From Bacteroidales bacterium (GTDB lineage: Bacteria; Bacteroidota; Bacteroidia; Bacteroidales; UBA932), in NCBI GenBank assembly GCA_017962235.1, contig JAGCVS010000013.1, forward strand, positions 54,418 to 118,417: a stretch of DNA of 64,000 nucleotides, given 5' to 3'. Positions 1 to 12,418 of this stretch are shown here, piece after piece (position 1 is the first letter of the stretch; each line of letters begins with the position of its first letter). Below the pieces are notes generated by a model, which had not been told where the DNA came from, ran no database searches, and saw nothing but the letters and a program-made list of their open reading frames with translations. The position numbers and the translations under genes were made by a program.

Positions 1-378
1 GAGTCCGCGGGGTTTGCCCTCTTCCTCTGCGTAGAAGCGGAGGTTCTCGAGCAGGAGCACGTCGCCGGGCTTGAGGGCCGCAGCCTGTGCATCGGCCTTC
101 ATGCAATCATCCGCGAACTGGATCTTTGCACCGAGCTTCTCCTCTACGGCAGCGATGATGTGCTTGAGGGAGTACTTAGCTTCAACGCCCTTGGGACGGC
201 CCAGGTGGGACATGATAATCAGCGAACCGCCTTTCTCGAGAACCTTCTTGAGGGTGGGGATAGCGGCGCGGATGCGGGTGTCGTCGGTGATTTCGAATTT
301 TTCGTTCAACGGAACATTAAAATCGACTCTAACAATGGCGCGTTTGCCTTTGAAGTCGTAGCTTGAAATGTTTTGCAT
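1..378 (-). CDS. pgk: Phosphoglycerate kinase, 5' part only (gene runs off the left edge)
   Basis: Not in the ORF track because no stop lies in the window. The reverse complement from ATG (376-378) reads [64 protein letters not shown]..., the conserved Pgk N-terminus. Confidence 0.9.
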   Translation of the reverse strand, partial: MQNISSYDFKGKRAIVRVDFNVPLNEKFEITDDTRIRAAIPTLKKVLEKGGSLIIMSHLGRPKGVEAKYSLKHIIAAVEEKLGAKIQFADDCMKADAQAAALKPGDVLLLENLRFYAEEEGKPRGL

Positions 379-445
379 GATATATTTGGTTAAAATTTAT
401 TCCAAAAACCATTGTGGGCTGCAAATGTAGTAATTAATTGTTAAT

Positions 446-1360
446 CTACAATTTCACCCTTGAAAAGACGCTTAACGGAAGGGCCTTGCCAAAGTTGTCG
501 CGAAGCACCAGCTCGCCGCATTCAACGTCGGCCTCCTTTTTAAGGTTCAGGGCGCTGCGCACGGCGGTGTCGGCCAGCAGGGAAGAGTAGCCGTTGGCGT
601 ACAGGTTAAGTATCAGGAAGCTGTCTTTTGGTGCGAGAATCTCGCCCACCAGGCAGAGCATCTCGTACAGACAGTCGTCAAGTTTCCATTTCTCGCCGTC
701 GGGGCCGTGGCCGTATGCGGGAGGGTCCAGCATTATCCCCTGGTATTTGTTCCCCCTGCGAGCTTCGCGGCGCACGAACTTGAGGGCGTCTTCCACCACC
801 CAGCGGATGGAGTCCATGCCGCTGAGTTCCATGTTCTGGCGGGCCCAGGTGACCACCTGACGCACCGAATCCAGATGGGTGACATCTGCCCCCGCCTTGC
901 GGGCGGCCAGAGAAGCGGCGCCGGTGTATGCGAACAGGTTGAGCACTTTCACTTTAGACCTCCCGGCTTCGCTCGAGGTGACAAGACGACGGGTATTACT
1001 GTAGATGAAGTCCCAGTTGGAGGCCTGCTCCGGGAACACCCCCACGTGTTTGAACGAGGTCATACCCATGCGCAGGGTGATGCCCAGCGGCTGGTAAACT
1101 ATGGGCCACTGCTGGTCCATCTTTTTGAGGGTCTTCCAGGAACCGCTGTCTTGCTGTCCCGCGGTGGAAAAGCCGCCGCCGGGGATGAACTGCGTGTGGG
1201 CCATGCGCATCCATTCGGCATCGGACAGGCTCTTTTTCCAGAGCGCCTTGGGCTCCGGACGGATGGTGACATATTTGCCGAACCGTTCCAGTTTGCAAAA
1301 GTCGCCGCAGTCTATCAGCTCGTAATCTTTCCAGGCGGGGGTGGGACTCTCTATCAGCAT
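446..1360 (-). CDS. Class I SAM-dependent methyltransferase, RlmI/COG1092-like without a PUA domain
   Basis: 304 aa. Has a glycine-rich SAM-binding stretch VLNLFAYTGAASLAA and the IMLDPPAYG (DPPxxG) motif typical of RlmI/RlmK-type methyltransferases. Substrate cannot be inferred. Confidence 0.7.
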   Translation of the reverse strand: MLIESPTPAWKDYELIDCGDFCKLERFGKYVTIRPEPKALWKKSLSDAEWMRMAHTQFIPGGGFSTAGQQDSGSWKTLKKMDQQWPIVYQPLGITLRMGMTSFKHVGVFPEQASNWDFIYSNTRRLVTSSEAGRSKVKVLNLFAYTGAASLAARKAGADVTHLDSVRQVVTWARQNMELSGMDSIRWVVEDALKFVRREARRGNKYQGIMLDPPAYGHGPDGEKWKLDDCLYEMLCLVGEILAPKDSFLILNLYANGYSSLLADTAVRSALNLKKEADVECGELVLRDNFGKALPLSVFSRVKL

Positions 1361-1384
1361 AAGCGAGTGTTTGTCAGTTATCCG

Positions 1385-2317
1385 TTATTGCTCCAGTCCG
1401 GCCGCCTTGCGCTTTGCGCGGGACATGCGCGGCCCTTTCTCCTTGGGTTCCTCTACCTTGGGCTCCACCAACGTCGGTTTCTTTTTTATGTAACTGAGCA
1501 CAAGGATGATTATACCCGCAACAATGAAGGGGACGCTGAGCAGCTGCCCCATGTTGAAGAGCATGCCGTTCTCGAAGCCTACCTGGTCGTTCTTGATGAA
1601 CTCTATGAGGAAGCGCATGCCAAACAGTACGATCAGGAACACGCCAAAGATCCAGCCCTTGTATACCTTGTCTGCCTTCTTGAAATAAATCCACAGCAGG
1701 AAGAAACCCAGCAGCAGATAGCTGAGCGCCTCATAAATCTGCGTGGGGTGGCACGCCACGCCGTCCGGCGGATAAACTGCCGGGCCGTATTCGGAGACCC
1801 ACTGCATGGAACGGAGATATTTGAAGCCCCAGGGAAGGGTGGTGGGACCGCCGAATATCTCTGAGTTGAACAGGTTGCCCAGGCGGATGAAGCAGCCGGC
1901 AAAGCATATCGTTATGGCCAGTCGGTCCAGCACCCACATGGTGTCAAACCCGTTCTTGCGGCCGTAGCGGTGCACATACCAGAAGATTGCCAGCAGTACG
2001 CCTATGGCGCCGCCGTGGCTGGCCAGGCCGCCGTGCCATACCTTGAGAATCTCCACCGGGTGTTTCAGGTAGAATTCCGGCTCGTAGAACAGGCAGTGCC
2101 CCAGGCGGGCGCCCACTATGGTTCCCAGCAGCAGGGCGTAGAGCAGCGGCTCCAGCAGGTCGGGGTTGAACCCCTCCCTCTTGTAGAACTTATAGAACAG
2201 CCAGTATCCGAGCGGGAAACCGGCAATGAACAGCAGTGAATAATAGCGCAGTGTCAGGGGACCTATCTGCAGCAGGACGGGATTCACATCCCATGTGACG
2301 TATAAAAAATCGAACAT
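1385..2317 (-). CDS. lgt: Prolipoprotein diacylglyceryl transferase
   Basis: 310-aa polytopic membrane protein. The N-terminus ...IGPLTLRYYSLLFIAGF and the HGGLASHGG motif are characteristic of Lgt. Confidence 0.9.
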   Translation of the reverse strand: MFDFLYVTWDVNPVLLQIGPLTLRYYSLLFIAGFPLGYWLFYKFYKREGFNPDLLEPLLYALLLGTIVGARLGHCLFYEPEFYLKHPVEILKVWHGGLASHGGAIGVLLAIFWYVHRYGRKNGFDTMWVLDRLAITICFAGCFIRLGNLFNSEIFGGPTTLPWGFKYLRSMQWVSEYGPAVYPPDGVACHPTQIYEALSYLLLGFFLLWIYFKKADKVYKGWIFGVFLIVLFGMRFLIEFIKNDQVGFENGMLFNMGQLLSVPFIVAGIIILVLSYIKKKPTLVEPKVEEPKEKGPRMSRAKRKAAGLEQ

Positions 2318-2320
2318 ATC

Positions 2321-5119
<2,799 letters not shown>

Positions 5120-5122
5120 ATA

Positions 5123-6568
5123 TCAGTGTAATATTCGTTGTTCGTCAAATACCAGTTTTAAAAAGATGGCCAGCATAACGGTGAAGGCCAGCAGCGCGCT
5201 GCCGCCGTAGCTCAAAAAGGGCAGCGGAATGCCGATTACCGGCATCAGTCCTATCGTCATGCCTATGTTTATCACCACGTGCACCGCCAGGCACATCGCC
5301 ACGCAGTAGCCGAACACCCGCGTAAAGGCGTCTTTGGTGCGGTCTGCCAGAATCAGTATCCTGAAGATGATGGTCAGATAGAGCGCCAGAACCGCCAGTG
5401 CCCCCAGCAGCCCCCACTCTTCACCGATGGTACAGAATATGAAGTCGGTCTCCTGCTCCGGGACATAGCCCAAGGAGGTCTGGGTGCCGTTCATGAACCC
5501 CTTGCCGGCAAAGCCGCCGGAGCCGATGGCCACCATGGACTGATGCAGGTTGTAACCGACACCCTTGGGGTCGTCTACCAGCCCCAGGAACACATCTATG
5601 CGGTTGCGCTGGTGGTCCTGAAGCACCTTCCCGTAGAAAAACTCCACGGAAACGATGAATGATATGCCGCACAGCAGGGCGATGAAGGCGTTGCGGGCAA
5701 AGGTCCTGCGGGGGAACCAGATGAGCAGCCTTACGATGAACACCACCGACACTGCGGCGGTGATTATTGCGAGCCACATCTCGGGCGCCATCGGATTCAC
5801 GGCCGCCACCTTCTCCAGCGACAGGATCCACCTTAACAACAGCAGTAGCGCCACAGATGCGGCGGTGATGATTATGCCCAGGAAATACTGCTCCTGCTTG
5901 AAAAAGAAAATAATCAGGAACAGACCGATGGCCACCACCATGGCCAGATATGGCGACGTGACGATGGTGAGGATGAACCCCAGCACCGTGAGGAAGCCGA
6001 AGGTGATTATCCAGCCCGACATCCCCTCGCGGTAAAGTACCACCAGAAAGCCGACGTATACCAGCACGGAGCCGGTCTCTTTTTCCAGCAGGATGAGCGC
6101 CATGGGCAGCAGCAGGATTGCCGCCACCTTGAGCACGTTGGGGAAGCTCTTGAGATTGAAGCCGTACTTGCCCATTACGGTGGCCAGCGCCAGCGACGTG
6201 GTTATCTTAGAGAACTCGGCCGGCTGCAGGCGGAAGGTGCCTATCTTTATCCAGCTGCGGCTGCCGTGACTGCTCACACCCAGCACCAGGGTGGCTATCA
6301 GCAGCAATATAACAGCCCCATACAGCAGCCACGCGGTGCCCTGCCACAGATTTGCCGGCAGCCAGCGGATTATCACTACCGCCGTAACCAGCGAGACACA
6401 GATCCAGATAAAGTGCTTGCCGTATTTCTGGGTCACGTCAAAGATGTTGGAGCCCTCTCCGTGCAGTACAGAGTAGATGTTCAGCCAGCCAAAGACCACC
6501 AGAACCAGATAGCACACTATCAGGGTCCAGTCAAGCTTGAGATATGGATGTGAACGTAACCTTCTCAT
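5123..6568 (-). CDS. rodA: Rod shape-determining protein RodA (SEDS family glycosyltransferase)
   Basis: 481 aa with many TM segments. C-terminal SEDS motif GIPLPFLSYGGSALL. Overlaps the upstream PBP2 gene by 4 nt. Confidence 0.9.
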   Translation of the reverse strand: MRRLRSHPYLKLDWTLIVCYLVLVVFGWLNIYSVLHGEGSNIFDVTQKYGKHFIWICVSLVTAVVIIRWLPANLWQGTAWLLYGAVILLLIATLVLGVSSHGSRSWIKIGTFRLQPAEFSKITTSLALATVMGKYGFNLKSFPNVLKVAAILLLPMALILLEKETGSVLVYVGFLVVLYREGMSGWIITFGFLTVLGFILTIVTSPYLAMVVAIGLFLIIFFFKQEQYFLGIIITAASVALLLLLRWILSLEKVAAVNPMAPEMWLAIITAAVSVVFIVRLLIWFPRRTFARNAFIALLCGISFIVSVEFFYGKVLQDHQRNRIDVFLGLVDDPKGVGYNLHQSMVAIGSGGFAGKGFMNGTQTSLGYVPEQETDFIFCTIGEEWGLLGALAVLALYLTIIFRILILADRTKDAFTRVFGYCVAMCLAVHVVINIGMTIGLMPVIGIPLPFLSYGGSALLAFTVMLAIFLKLVFDEQRILH

Positions 6569-8412
6569 CTTCTCTTCTTCTTTACGGGCACCTTATACAG
6601 CAGGTTGCCGTTCTTTACTCGGGTCTCCAAATCTTGCCGCGCGGGGGAAATCTCGCCGTTGAGGTATTTCTCCACCAGCAGCGATGCTATGGGGGCGGCC
6701 CAGCTGGCGCCGAAACCGCCGTTCTCTATGTATGCCGCCACGGCTATCTTAGGGTCGTCCTTGGGGGCGAAGCAGATGAACACGGAGTGGTCGTCGCCGT
6801 GCGGGTTCTGGGCGGTGCCGGTCTTGCCGCACATCTGGATGCCCGGAATCTGCGCCACGTGGGAGGTGCCGCCGTCGCCGTAGACAGACATGCTCATACC
6901 CTCTACAATAACGTCAAAGTGCTCCTTATCCACCAGGGGGTAGTTGCGGACGCAGTAGGCGGAATCCAGCGGATGGGTCTCATCGCCCTTAATCATGTGC
7001 GGGGTGTAGAACCAGCCGCGGTTGGCAATGGTGGCCGCCAGATTGGCAATCTGCAGCGGAGTGCACCCCAGCTCGCCCTGTCCGATGGAGAGGGATATCA
7101 CAGAGAGGGCTCTCCAGCGCCCCTTGCCGTGCAGTTTGTTGTATGTGTTCACCGTGGGCACGTTGCCCCCGAGCTCGTAGGGGACATCGCTCCCCAGCTT
7201 GCGTCCGAAGCCGAAGCTGGTGACATATTCGCGCCATTTTTCAAAAGCCTCCTCTACATTCGCGTACTTGCGGTTCTCCAGTATGGAGCGCAACACGTAG
7301 CAGTAGTAGGCGTTGCAGGACATCGCCACCGACTGCGGTAGGTTGATGGGGGAGGCGTGGTAGTGACACCCCACATGCACCTTGCCGGCGGTGTAGCCAT
7401 GGTTGCACGGGTACCATGTGTCGCGGGTCAGAACCCCCTCCTGCATCCCTATCAGGCCGTTCACCAGTTTGAAGACGCTCCCCGGAGGCTGCGCGCTCTG
7501 CACGGTGCGGTTGAACATGGGGTTGTAGGGGTTCTCGCTTATCTCTTTGTAATACTTGCCGATTTCTGCCAGCTGGCTCACGCCTATACCGGGGCTGGAT
7601 ACCAGCGAGAGAATCTCGCCGGTGGAGGGCTCTATGGCCACCAGGCTCCCCACCTTGTTGCGCATCAGCGTCTCTCCATATTCCTGCAGGCCGGCGTCGA
7701 TGGTGGTGATGATGTCGCTGCCAGCCACCGCCGCCTTGTCTATCGCGCCGTTGTCGTAATGACCCTTGATGCGGCCGCGGGCGTCGCGGTAGTATACGGT
7801 GTAGCCCTTCTCGCCGCAGAGCCGCTTCTCGAATGCCCGCTCCATGCCCGTCTTGCCGGCATAATCGCCGCTGCGGTATTCGGGGTGCTTCTCTATGTAA
7901 TCCCGGTCCACCTCGGATACATATCCTATGAGGTTGCCGCCGGCGTTCACCGGATATATCCTGGCGGTGCGGGCCACGGCATCGAAGCCGGGGAAGAGGT
8001 ACTCCTTCTCCGCAAAGGCGTTGTATTGCTCGCTGCTCACCTGCTTGAGGAAGGGCATGGAGCCGTATCCTATCTTGCGGGCGTTGTCCCGGTACTGCGC
8101 GAAGCGCTCGTGCACGAACTCCGGCTCCAGATTGAAGATTTCGCAGATGGCGAGAGTGTCAAAGGGCTCCACCAGCCGGGGGGAGACCATGATGTCGTAG
8201 GTAATCTTGTTCTCTACTATGGTATTGCCGTTGCGGTCCAGAATCCGCCCGCGGGCGGGGTATACGGTGACATATTTGAGGGCGTTGTTGCCCGCGGTCT
8301 CGCTGTAGCGCTTGTCCACTATCTGTATAACGAACAACCGCACTGCCATCACCAGAAAGATGACCAGCAGCACCAGCATTATGACATTGCGCTTTCCTGG
8401 ATAGATATTCAT
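6565..8412 (-). CDS. mrdA: Penicillin-binding protein 2 (elongasome transpeptidase)
   Basis: 615 aa with an N-terminal TM anchor. Transpeptidase motifs SVFK (SxxK), SCN (SxN) and KTGTA. Sits between mreD and rodA. Confidence 0.9.
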   Translation of the reverse strand: MNIYPGKRNVIMLVLLVIFLVMAVRLFVIQIVDKRYSETAGNNALKYVTVYPARGRILDRNGNTIVENKITYDIMVSPRLVEPFDTLAICEIFNLEPEFVHERFAQYRDNARKIGYGSMPFLKQVSSEQYNAFAEKEYLFPGFDAVARTARIYPVNAGGNLIGYVSEVDRDYIEKHPEYRSGDYAGKTGMERAFEKRLCGEKGYTVYYRDARGRIKGHYDNGAIDKAAVAGSDIITTIDAGLQEYGETLMRNKVGSLVAIEPSTGEILSLVSSPGIGVSQLAEIGKYYKEISENPYNPMFNRTVQSAQPPGSVFKLVNGLIGMQEGVLTRDTWYPCNHGYTAGKVHVGCHYHASPINLPQSVAMSCNAYYCYVLRSILENRKYANVEEAFEKWREYVTSFGFGRKLGSDVPYELGGNVPTVNTYNKLHGKGRWRALSVISLSIGQGELGCTPLQIANLAATIANRGWFYTPHMIKGDETHPLDSAYCVRNYPLVDKEHFDVIVEGMSMSVYGDGGTSHVAQIPGIQMCGKTGTAQNPHGDDHSVFICFAPKDDPKIAVAAYIENGGFGASWAAPIASLLVEKYLNGEISPARQDLETRVKNGNLLYKVPVKKKRR

Positions 8413-8418
8413 TGCGGG

Positions 8419-8931
8419 CTATTGGCTCTTGTTGAACAGAGTGACGTCTACTGCAAGTGCCAGCACAAGGTTCACGGCTACGCAGATAAGATAGCGTGCC
8501 GACGATACCAGGATGGTAGAAAGCGCGAGCCCGTCGAAGGATATATAGAACAGGAAGTATATCGCGTAGATAATCAGCAGATACAGCACATGGTGCCAGA
8601 GGTTGCTCTCCCTCACGGGCGGGATGAACCGCTTGCTGTATGTGTTTTTCTGGAAGATGGGGTAGAAGAGACGCTTATATATCAGCGCCACCAGGGTGGC
8701 GGCGCCGGCGTTGAGTCCCAGCACCCCGTCTGAAAGGATGTCCACCGCCAGACCCAGGCCAAAGGCTATCAGCAGCGACACGAACGGCTTCTGGTCCAGA
8801 GGCAGGTACACCACCAGCAGCGGAATCAGGCAGATGTATACCAGCGGCCCCAGATACAGATAGTTGTTGATGATGACTTGTAGCATCAGCAACGCGATGT
8901 AGATGATTATCTGACGGAGGTTGGAGGGCAT
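8419..8931 (-). CDS. mreD: Rod shape-determining protein MreD
   Basis: 170-aa small polytopic membrane protein. Assigned mainly from its position in the mreB-mreC-mreD-mrdA-rodA order. Confidence 0.7.
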   Translation of the reverse strand: MPSNLRQIIIYIALLMLQVIINNYLYLGPLVYICLIPLLVVYLPLDQKPFVSLLIAFGLGLAVDILSDGVLGLNAGAATLVALIYKRLFYPIFQKNTYSKRFIPPVRESNLWHHVLYLLIIYAIYFLFYISFDGLALSTILVSSARYLICVAVNLVLALAVDVTLFNKSQ

Positions 8932-8935
8932 GCCG

Positions 8936-9751
8936 TTACTCTTCTGACTGGTTGGACAACATGTCTATCTCGTCCTGGTGGTGACGCTGCACGATGTACA
9001 CATACTTGAGATAGTGCAGATCCTGCAGCAGGTCCACCGTCACAGATTTGTACATTCCGCTGGAGATACCCTCGCCGGAGATTACTCCCACGGGGATCTC
9101 GGGCGGATAGATTGTGGAGAAGCCGCTTGTGACCACGGTGTCGCCAGCCGCGCATGCAGATGCGAGCGGGATGTGCGACAGTATGGCCCGGCTGGATGAG
9201 AGGCCGTCCCAGCTGAGCAGCCCGATGTCGGATGTGCCCGTTATCAGGGCGCTCACCTTCTGGTTGTTGTTCAGGAACGATATCACCTGGCAGTAATGGT
9301 CGCTCACCGCCCCCACCACGCCAACTATGGCATTGTGGGTAACCACGCCCATCTCGGGCTTGACCCCGTCTTTGCTGCCGCGGTTAAGGATGAGGTAGTT
9401 GTGCTGCTTGTTGGGGTTGTTCTTGATGATGCTGGCGGGAATCCAGTTGTAAAGCCCCTCCCGGGTGCTTTCCGCCCCCTCCTGCTCCTCGAGATATTCC
9501 ATCCGGGCCAGACGGGAACGGAGTTCTGCATTCTCCTGCTGCAGCGCCTGGTTGTATTTGCTCAGCTGGAGATAGTCCCGCACGTTCTCTGTCTTCTGCC
9601 AGAAAAAAACCTGTGAAGAGCGGATGCCGCCCATCACCAGATACCGCTGCAGGAGCCCGTTGCTTACAATCATAACTATCGCAGCCGCCTCCAACGCCAC
9701 GAACAGGGCTATTGTGAGCAGCAGGTTGTATGATTTGGAACGGGACTCCAT
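8936..9751 (-). CDS. mreC: Rod shape-determining protein MreC
   Basis: 271 aa. N-terminal TM segment, coiled-coil stretch QALQQENAELRSRLARME, beta-rich C-terminal part. Lies directly after mreB. Confidence 0.85.
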   Translation of the reverse strand: MESRSKSYNLLLTIALFVALEAAAIVMIVSNGLLQRYLVMGGIRSSQVFFWQKTENVRDYLQLSKYNQALQQENAELRSRLARMEYLEEQEGAESTREGLYNWIPASIIKNNPNKQHNYLILNRGSKDGVKPEMGVVTHNAIVGVVGAVSDHYCQVISFLNNNQKVSALITGTSDIGLLSWDGLSSSRAILSHIPLASACAAGDTVVTSGFSTIYPPEIPVGVISGEGISSGMYKSVTVDLLQDLHYLKYVYIVQRHHQDEIDMLSNQSEE

Positions 9752-9757
9752 CTGCCG

Positions 9758-10777
9758 CTACCGCATCAGGAAAGGATACTTGTCGATATTCTTGAGGGCT
9801 GCGCAGGTGCCGCGTGCAACGGCGCGGAGCGGGTCTTCCGAGATGTGGAAAGGGATATTGATCTTCTTTGAGAAGCGCTGGTCGATACCCTTGAGCAGGG
9901 CACCGCCGCCGGTGAGGAAGATACCCTTGTCCACAATGTCGGAATACAGCTCGGGCGGAGTCTGCTCCAGCACCGTGAGGATGCCCGCCTCTATGCGTGA
10001 AAGCTGCTTGTCCAGGCAGTGGGCTACCTCCTGCGAGGTAATCTCCGCCTCGATGGGGTGTGCGGTCATGATGTTGGGACCCTTCACTATCATGGGCGGA
10101 ATCTCCTCCGGCAGGTCTGATACCGCAGCGCCGATCTTTATCTTGATGTCCTCCGCGGTGATTTCACCCACGCGAATGTTGTGCTGCTGGCGCATGTACT
10201 GCTGAATCTCGCTGGTGAAGATGTCACCCGCCACGCGGATACTTTCCGCAGCCACGATGCCGCCCAGGGAGATTACTGCAATCTCTGTGGTACCGCCGCC
10301 GATATCAACAATCATGTTGCCACTTGGCTCCGTGACGTCCAGGCCGATACCCAGCGCCGATGCCATGGGTTCGTAAATCATGTAGATGTCGCGGCCGCCG
10401 GCATGCTCGCAGCTGTCGCGTACGGCACGCTTCTCCACCTCTGTGGAACCCTGGGGGATACCCACAATCATCCTGAGACTGGGGGTGAAGAAAGACTTCT
10501 TGTAGTTGGCCATCTTTATCAGCTCGCGGATCATGATTTCCGCAGCGTCAAAGTCGGCAATCACGCCGTCCTTCAGGGGGCGGATGGTCTTGATGCCGGG
10601 GTTGGTGCGCTCGTGCATCAGCTTGGCTCTGGTGCCGACAGCCATGGGCTTGTCGGTGTAGGCGTCGATGGCCACGATGCTGGGCTCGTCAATCACCTTC
10701 TTGTCGTTCATGAAGATGACGGTGTTGGCGGTGCCGAGGTCGATTGCCAGTTCTTGAGTCAGGAATTTGAATGCCAT
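9758..10777 (-). CDS. mreB: Rod shape-determining actin homologue MreB
   Basis: 339 aa with actin-fold phosphate motifs IDLGTANTV and DIGGGTTE. Confidence 0.95.
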   Translation of the reverse strand: MAFKFLTQELAIDLGTANTVIFMNDKKVIDEPSIVAIDAYTDKPMAVGTRAKLMHERTNPGIKTIRPLKDGVIADFDAAEIMIRELIKMANYKKSFFTPSLRMIVGIPQGSTEVEKRAVRDSCEHAGGRDIYMIYEPMASALGIGLDVTEPSGNMIVDIGGGTTEIAVISLGGIVAAESIRVAGDIFTSEIQQYMRQQHNIRVGEITAEDIKIKIGAAVSDLPEEIPPMIVKGPNIMTAHPIEAEITSQEVAHCLDKQLSRIEAGILTVLEQTPPELYSDIVDKGIFLTGGGALLKGIDQRFSKKINIPFHISEDPLRAVARGTCAALKNIDKYPFLMR

Positions 10778-10800
10778 ATGTGTGTATTATTATTTGTTTG

Positions 10801-12327
10801 CTAGTGTTTGAAATGACGCTTGCCGGTGGTCACCATGGCCACATCGTGGGCGTTGCAGAAGTCTATGCTCTCGCCGTCGCGGATGCTGCCGCCGGGGTGA
10901 ATCACAGCTTTGATGCCCGCCTGGGAGGCGATTTCCACGCAGTCGGGGAAGGGGAAGAAGGCGTCGGAAGCCATCACGGCGCCGTTGAGGTCGAATCCGA
11001 ATGACTGCGCCTTGGCAATGGCCTGCCTGAGCGCATCCACGCGGGAGGTCTGCCCGATGCCGCTGGCCAGCAGCATGTTGCCCTTTGCCAGCACAATGGC
11101 GTTGCTCTTGCTGTGCTTAACCAGACGGTTTGCGAACAGCAGGTCGGCCACCTGTTCTGCGGTGGGCTGCAGCTTGGTAACGGGGGTCAGGAACGATGCG
11201 TCCTCAGCCACGGTGTCGCGCTCCTGCACCAGGGCGCCGCCCAGCATGGAGCGGAACTTCACGGCAGAGGGCTTCACAGCGCCGAGCTCCAGGATTATAC
11301 GGTTCTTCTTGCTCTTGAGAATCTCCAGGGCATCATCGGCATAAGAGGGAGCGATAATCACCTCGAAGAATATCTTGTTGATCTCTTCCGCAACATCTGC
11401 GGTCACGGGGGCGTTGGTGATGATTATGCCGCCGAATGCGCTCACCGGGTCGCCCGCCAGGGCATCCTTCCAGGCATCCATCAGGCTGGGGCGCACTGCG
11501 CATCCGCAGGCGTTGTTGTGTTTGATAATGGCCAGCGCGGTGCCGTCAAAATCGTCTATCAGTTCTATCGCCGCCTCTATGTCCAGCATGTTGTTGTAGG
11601 ATATCTCCTTGCCGTGCAGCTGGCGGGGGAGGCTCCCTGCGGGGCCGTAATAGGCCGCCTTCTGGTGGGGGTTCTCGCCGTAGCGCAGAGGGGTCGCCTC
11701 CAGGCTGTTGAATGCGAACGCATCCACCTCGCCGTCGCGGTTGAGGTAGCGGAAGATGGAGGTGTCATAGTTGCTGCTGGTGGCAAACGCCCACTTTGCA
11801 AAGAACTCGCGCTCTGCGAGGGTGGTGCCGCCATCGTGCGCCTCAAGGCACTCCAGCAGTTTACCGTACAGCTTCTGGCACGGGACTATTACCACGTCCT
11901 GATAATTCTTGGCAGCGGCGCGGATAAGGGAGATGCCGCCGATATCAATCTTCTCAATGATATCTTCGTGAGAGGCGCCCTTTGCCACATATTCGTCAAA
12001 AGGGTAGAGGTCCACCACCACCAGGTCGATGGAGGGAATCTCGTACTGCGTCATCTGGCTGCGGTCGCCCTCGTTGCCGCGGCGGGCCAGTATTCCGCCG
12101 AACACTTTGGGGTGGAGGGTCTTCACGCGGCCGCCCAGGATGGAGGGGTATCCGGTGAGGTCTTCTACCTTCTCTACCTCAAAGCCTTTGGAGGTGAGGT
12201 AATCGTATGTTCCGCCGGTGGAGAGCAGCTTTGCCCCGCGGCGGGTGAGAGCGGCTGCTATATCGTCTATTCCGTCTTTGTAAAAGACAGATATTAAAGC
12301 ACTTTCAATTTTTTTAACAGAATCCAT
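10801..12327 (-). CDS. purH: Bifunctional AICAR transformylase / IMP cyclohydrolase
   Basis: 508 aa. N-terminal MGS-like domain, AICARFT domain, C-terminus ...TGKRHFKH. Confidence 0.95.
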   Translation of the reverse strand: MDSVKKIESALISVFYKDGIDDIAAALTRRGAKLLSTGGTYDYLTSKGFEVEKVEDLTGYPSILGGRVKTLHPKVFGGILARRGNEGDRSQMTQYEIPSIDLVVVDLYPFDEYVAKGASHEDIIEKIDIGGISLIRAAAKNYQDVVIVPCQKLYGKLLECLEAHDGGTTLAEREFFAKWAFATSSNYDTSIFRYLNRDGEVDAFAFNSLEATPLRYGENPHQKAAYYGPAGSLPRQLHGKEISYNNMLDIEAAIELIDDFDGTALAIIKHNNACGCAVRPSLMDAWKDALAGDPVSAFGGIIITNAPVTADVAEEINKIFFEVIIAPSYADDALEILKSKKNRIILELGAVKPSAVKFRSMLGGALVQERDTVAEDASFLTPVTKLQPTAEQVADLLFANRLVKHSKSNAIVLAKGNMLLASGIGQTSRVDALRQAIAKAQSFGFDLNGAVMASDAFFPFPDCVEIASQAGIKAVIHPGGSIRDGESIDFCNAHDVAMVTTGKRHFKH

Positions 12328-12346
12328 TTCCTATAAGATCATATAG

Positions 12347-12371
12347 CCCACAAATTTAGTCAAATTGTGGG
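12347..12371. promoter_or_regulatory. Imperfect inverted repeat in the purH/ispD divergent intergenic region; possible operator
   Basis: cccacaaattt-agtc-aaattgtggg. The left arm contains a minus-strand TAAATTTG -7 box (12351-12358), 24 nt upstream of the purH ATG. Confidence 0.3.
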
Positions 12372-12379
12372 AAATACAT

Positions 12380-12387
12380 TACATTTG
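12380..12387 (+). promoter_or_regulatory. Candidate Bacteroidota -7 promoter box (TACATTTG) for ispD
   Basis: Matches TAnnTTTG, 31 nt upstream of the ispD ATG at 12419. Confidence 0.35.
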
Positions 12388-12418
12388 TATTCCGTAAAAA
12401 TGATAAAAAATACGTCAG

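Noticed and set aside
707-1864. 385-aa plus-strand ORF
   Set aside because: It is antisense to the methyltransferase and lgt genes and crosses their intergenic gap.
7357-8733. 458-aa plus-strand ORF
   Set aside because: It is antisense to mrdA/mreD, with no recognisable motifs. This is a GC-rich antisense artefact.
11113-12297. 394-aa plus-strand ORF
   Set aside because: It is antisense to purH.
12328-12418. ZTP (pfl-motif) riboswitch upstream of purH
   Set aside because: The spacer is only 91 nt and is shared with ispD. Neither strand shows the conserved GGGUCGUGAC / CCGCCUGGGCA-type elements.
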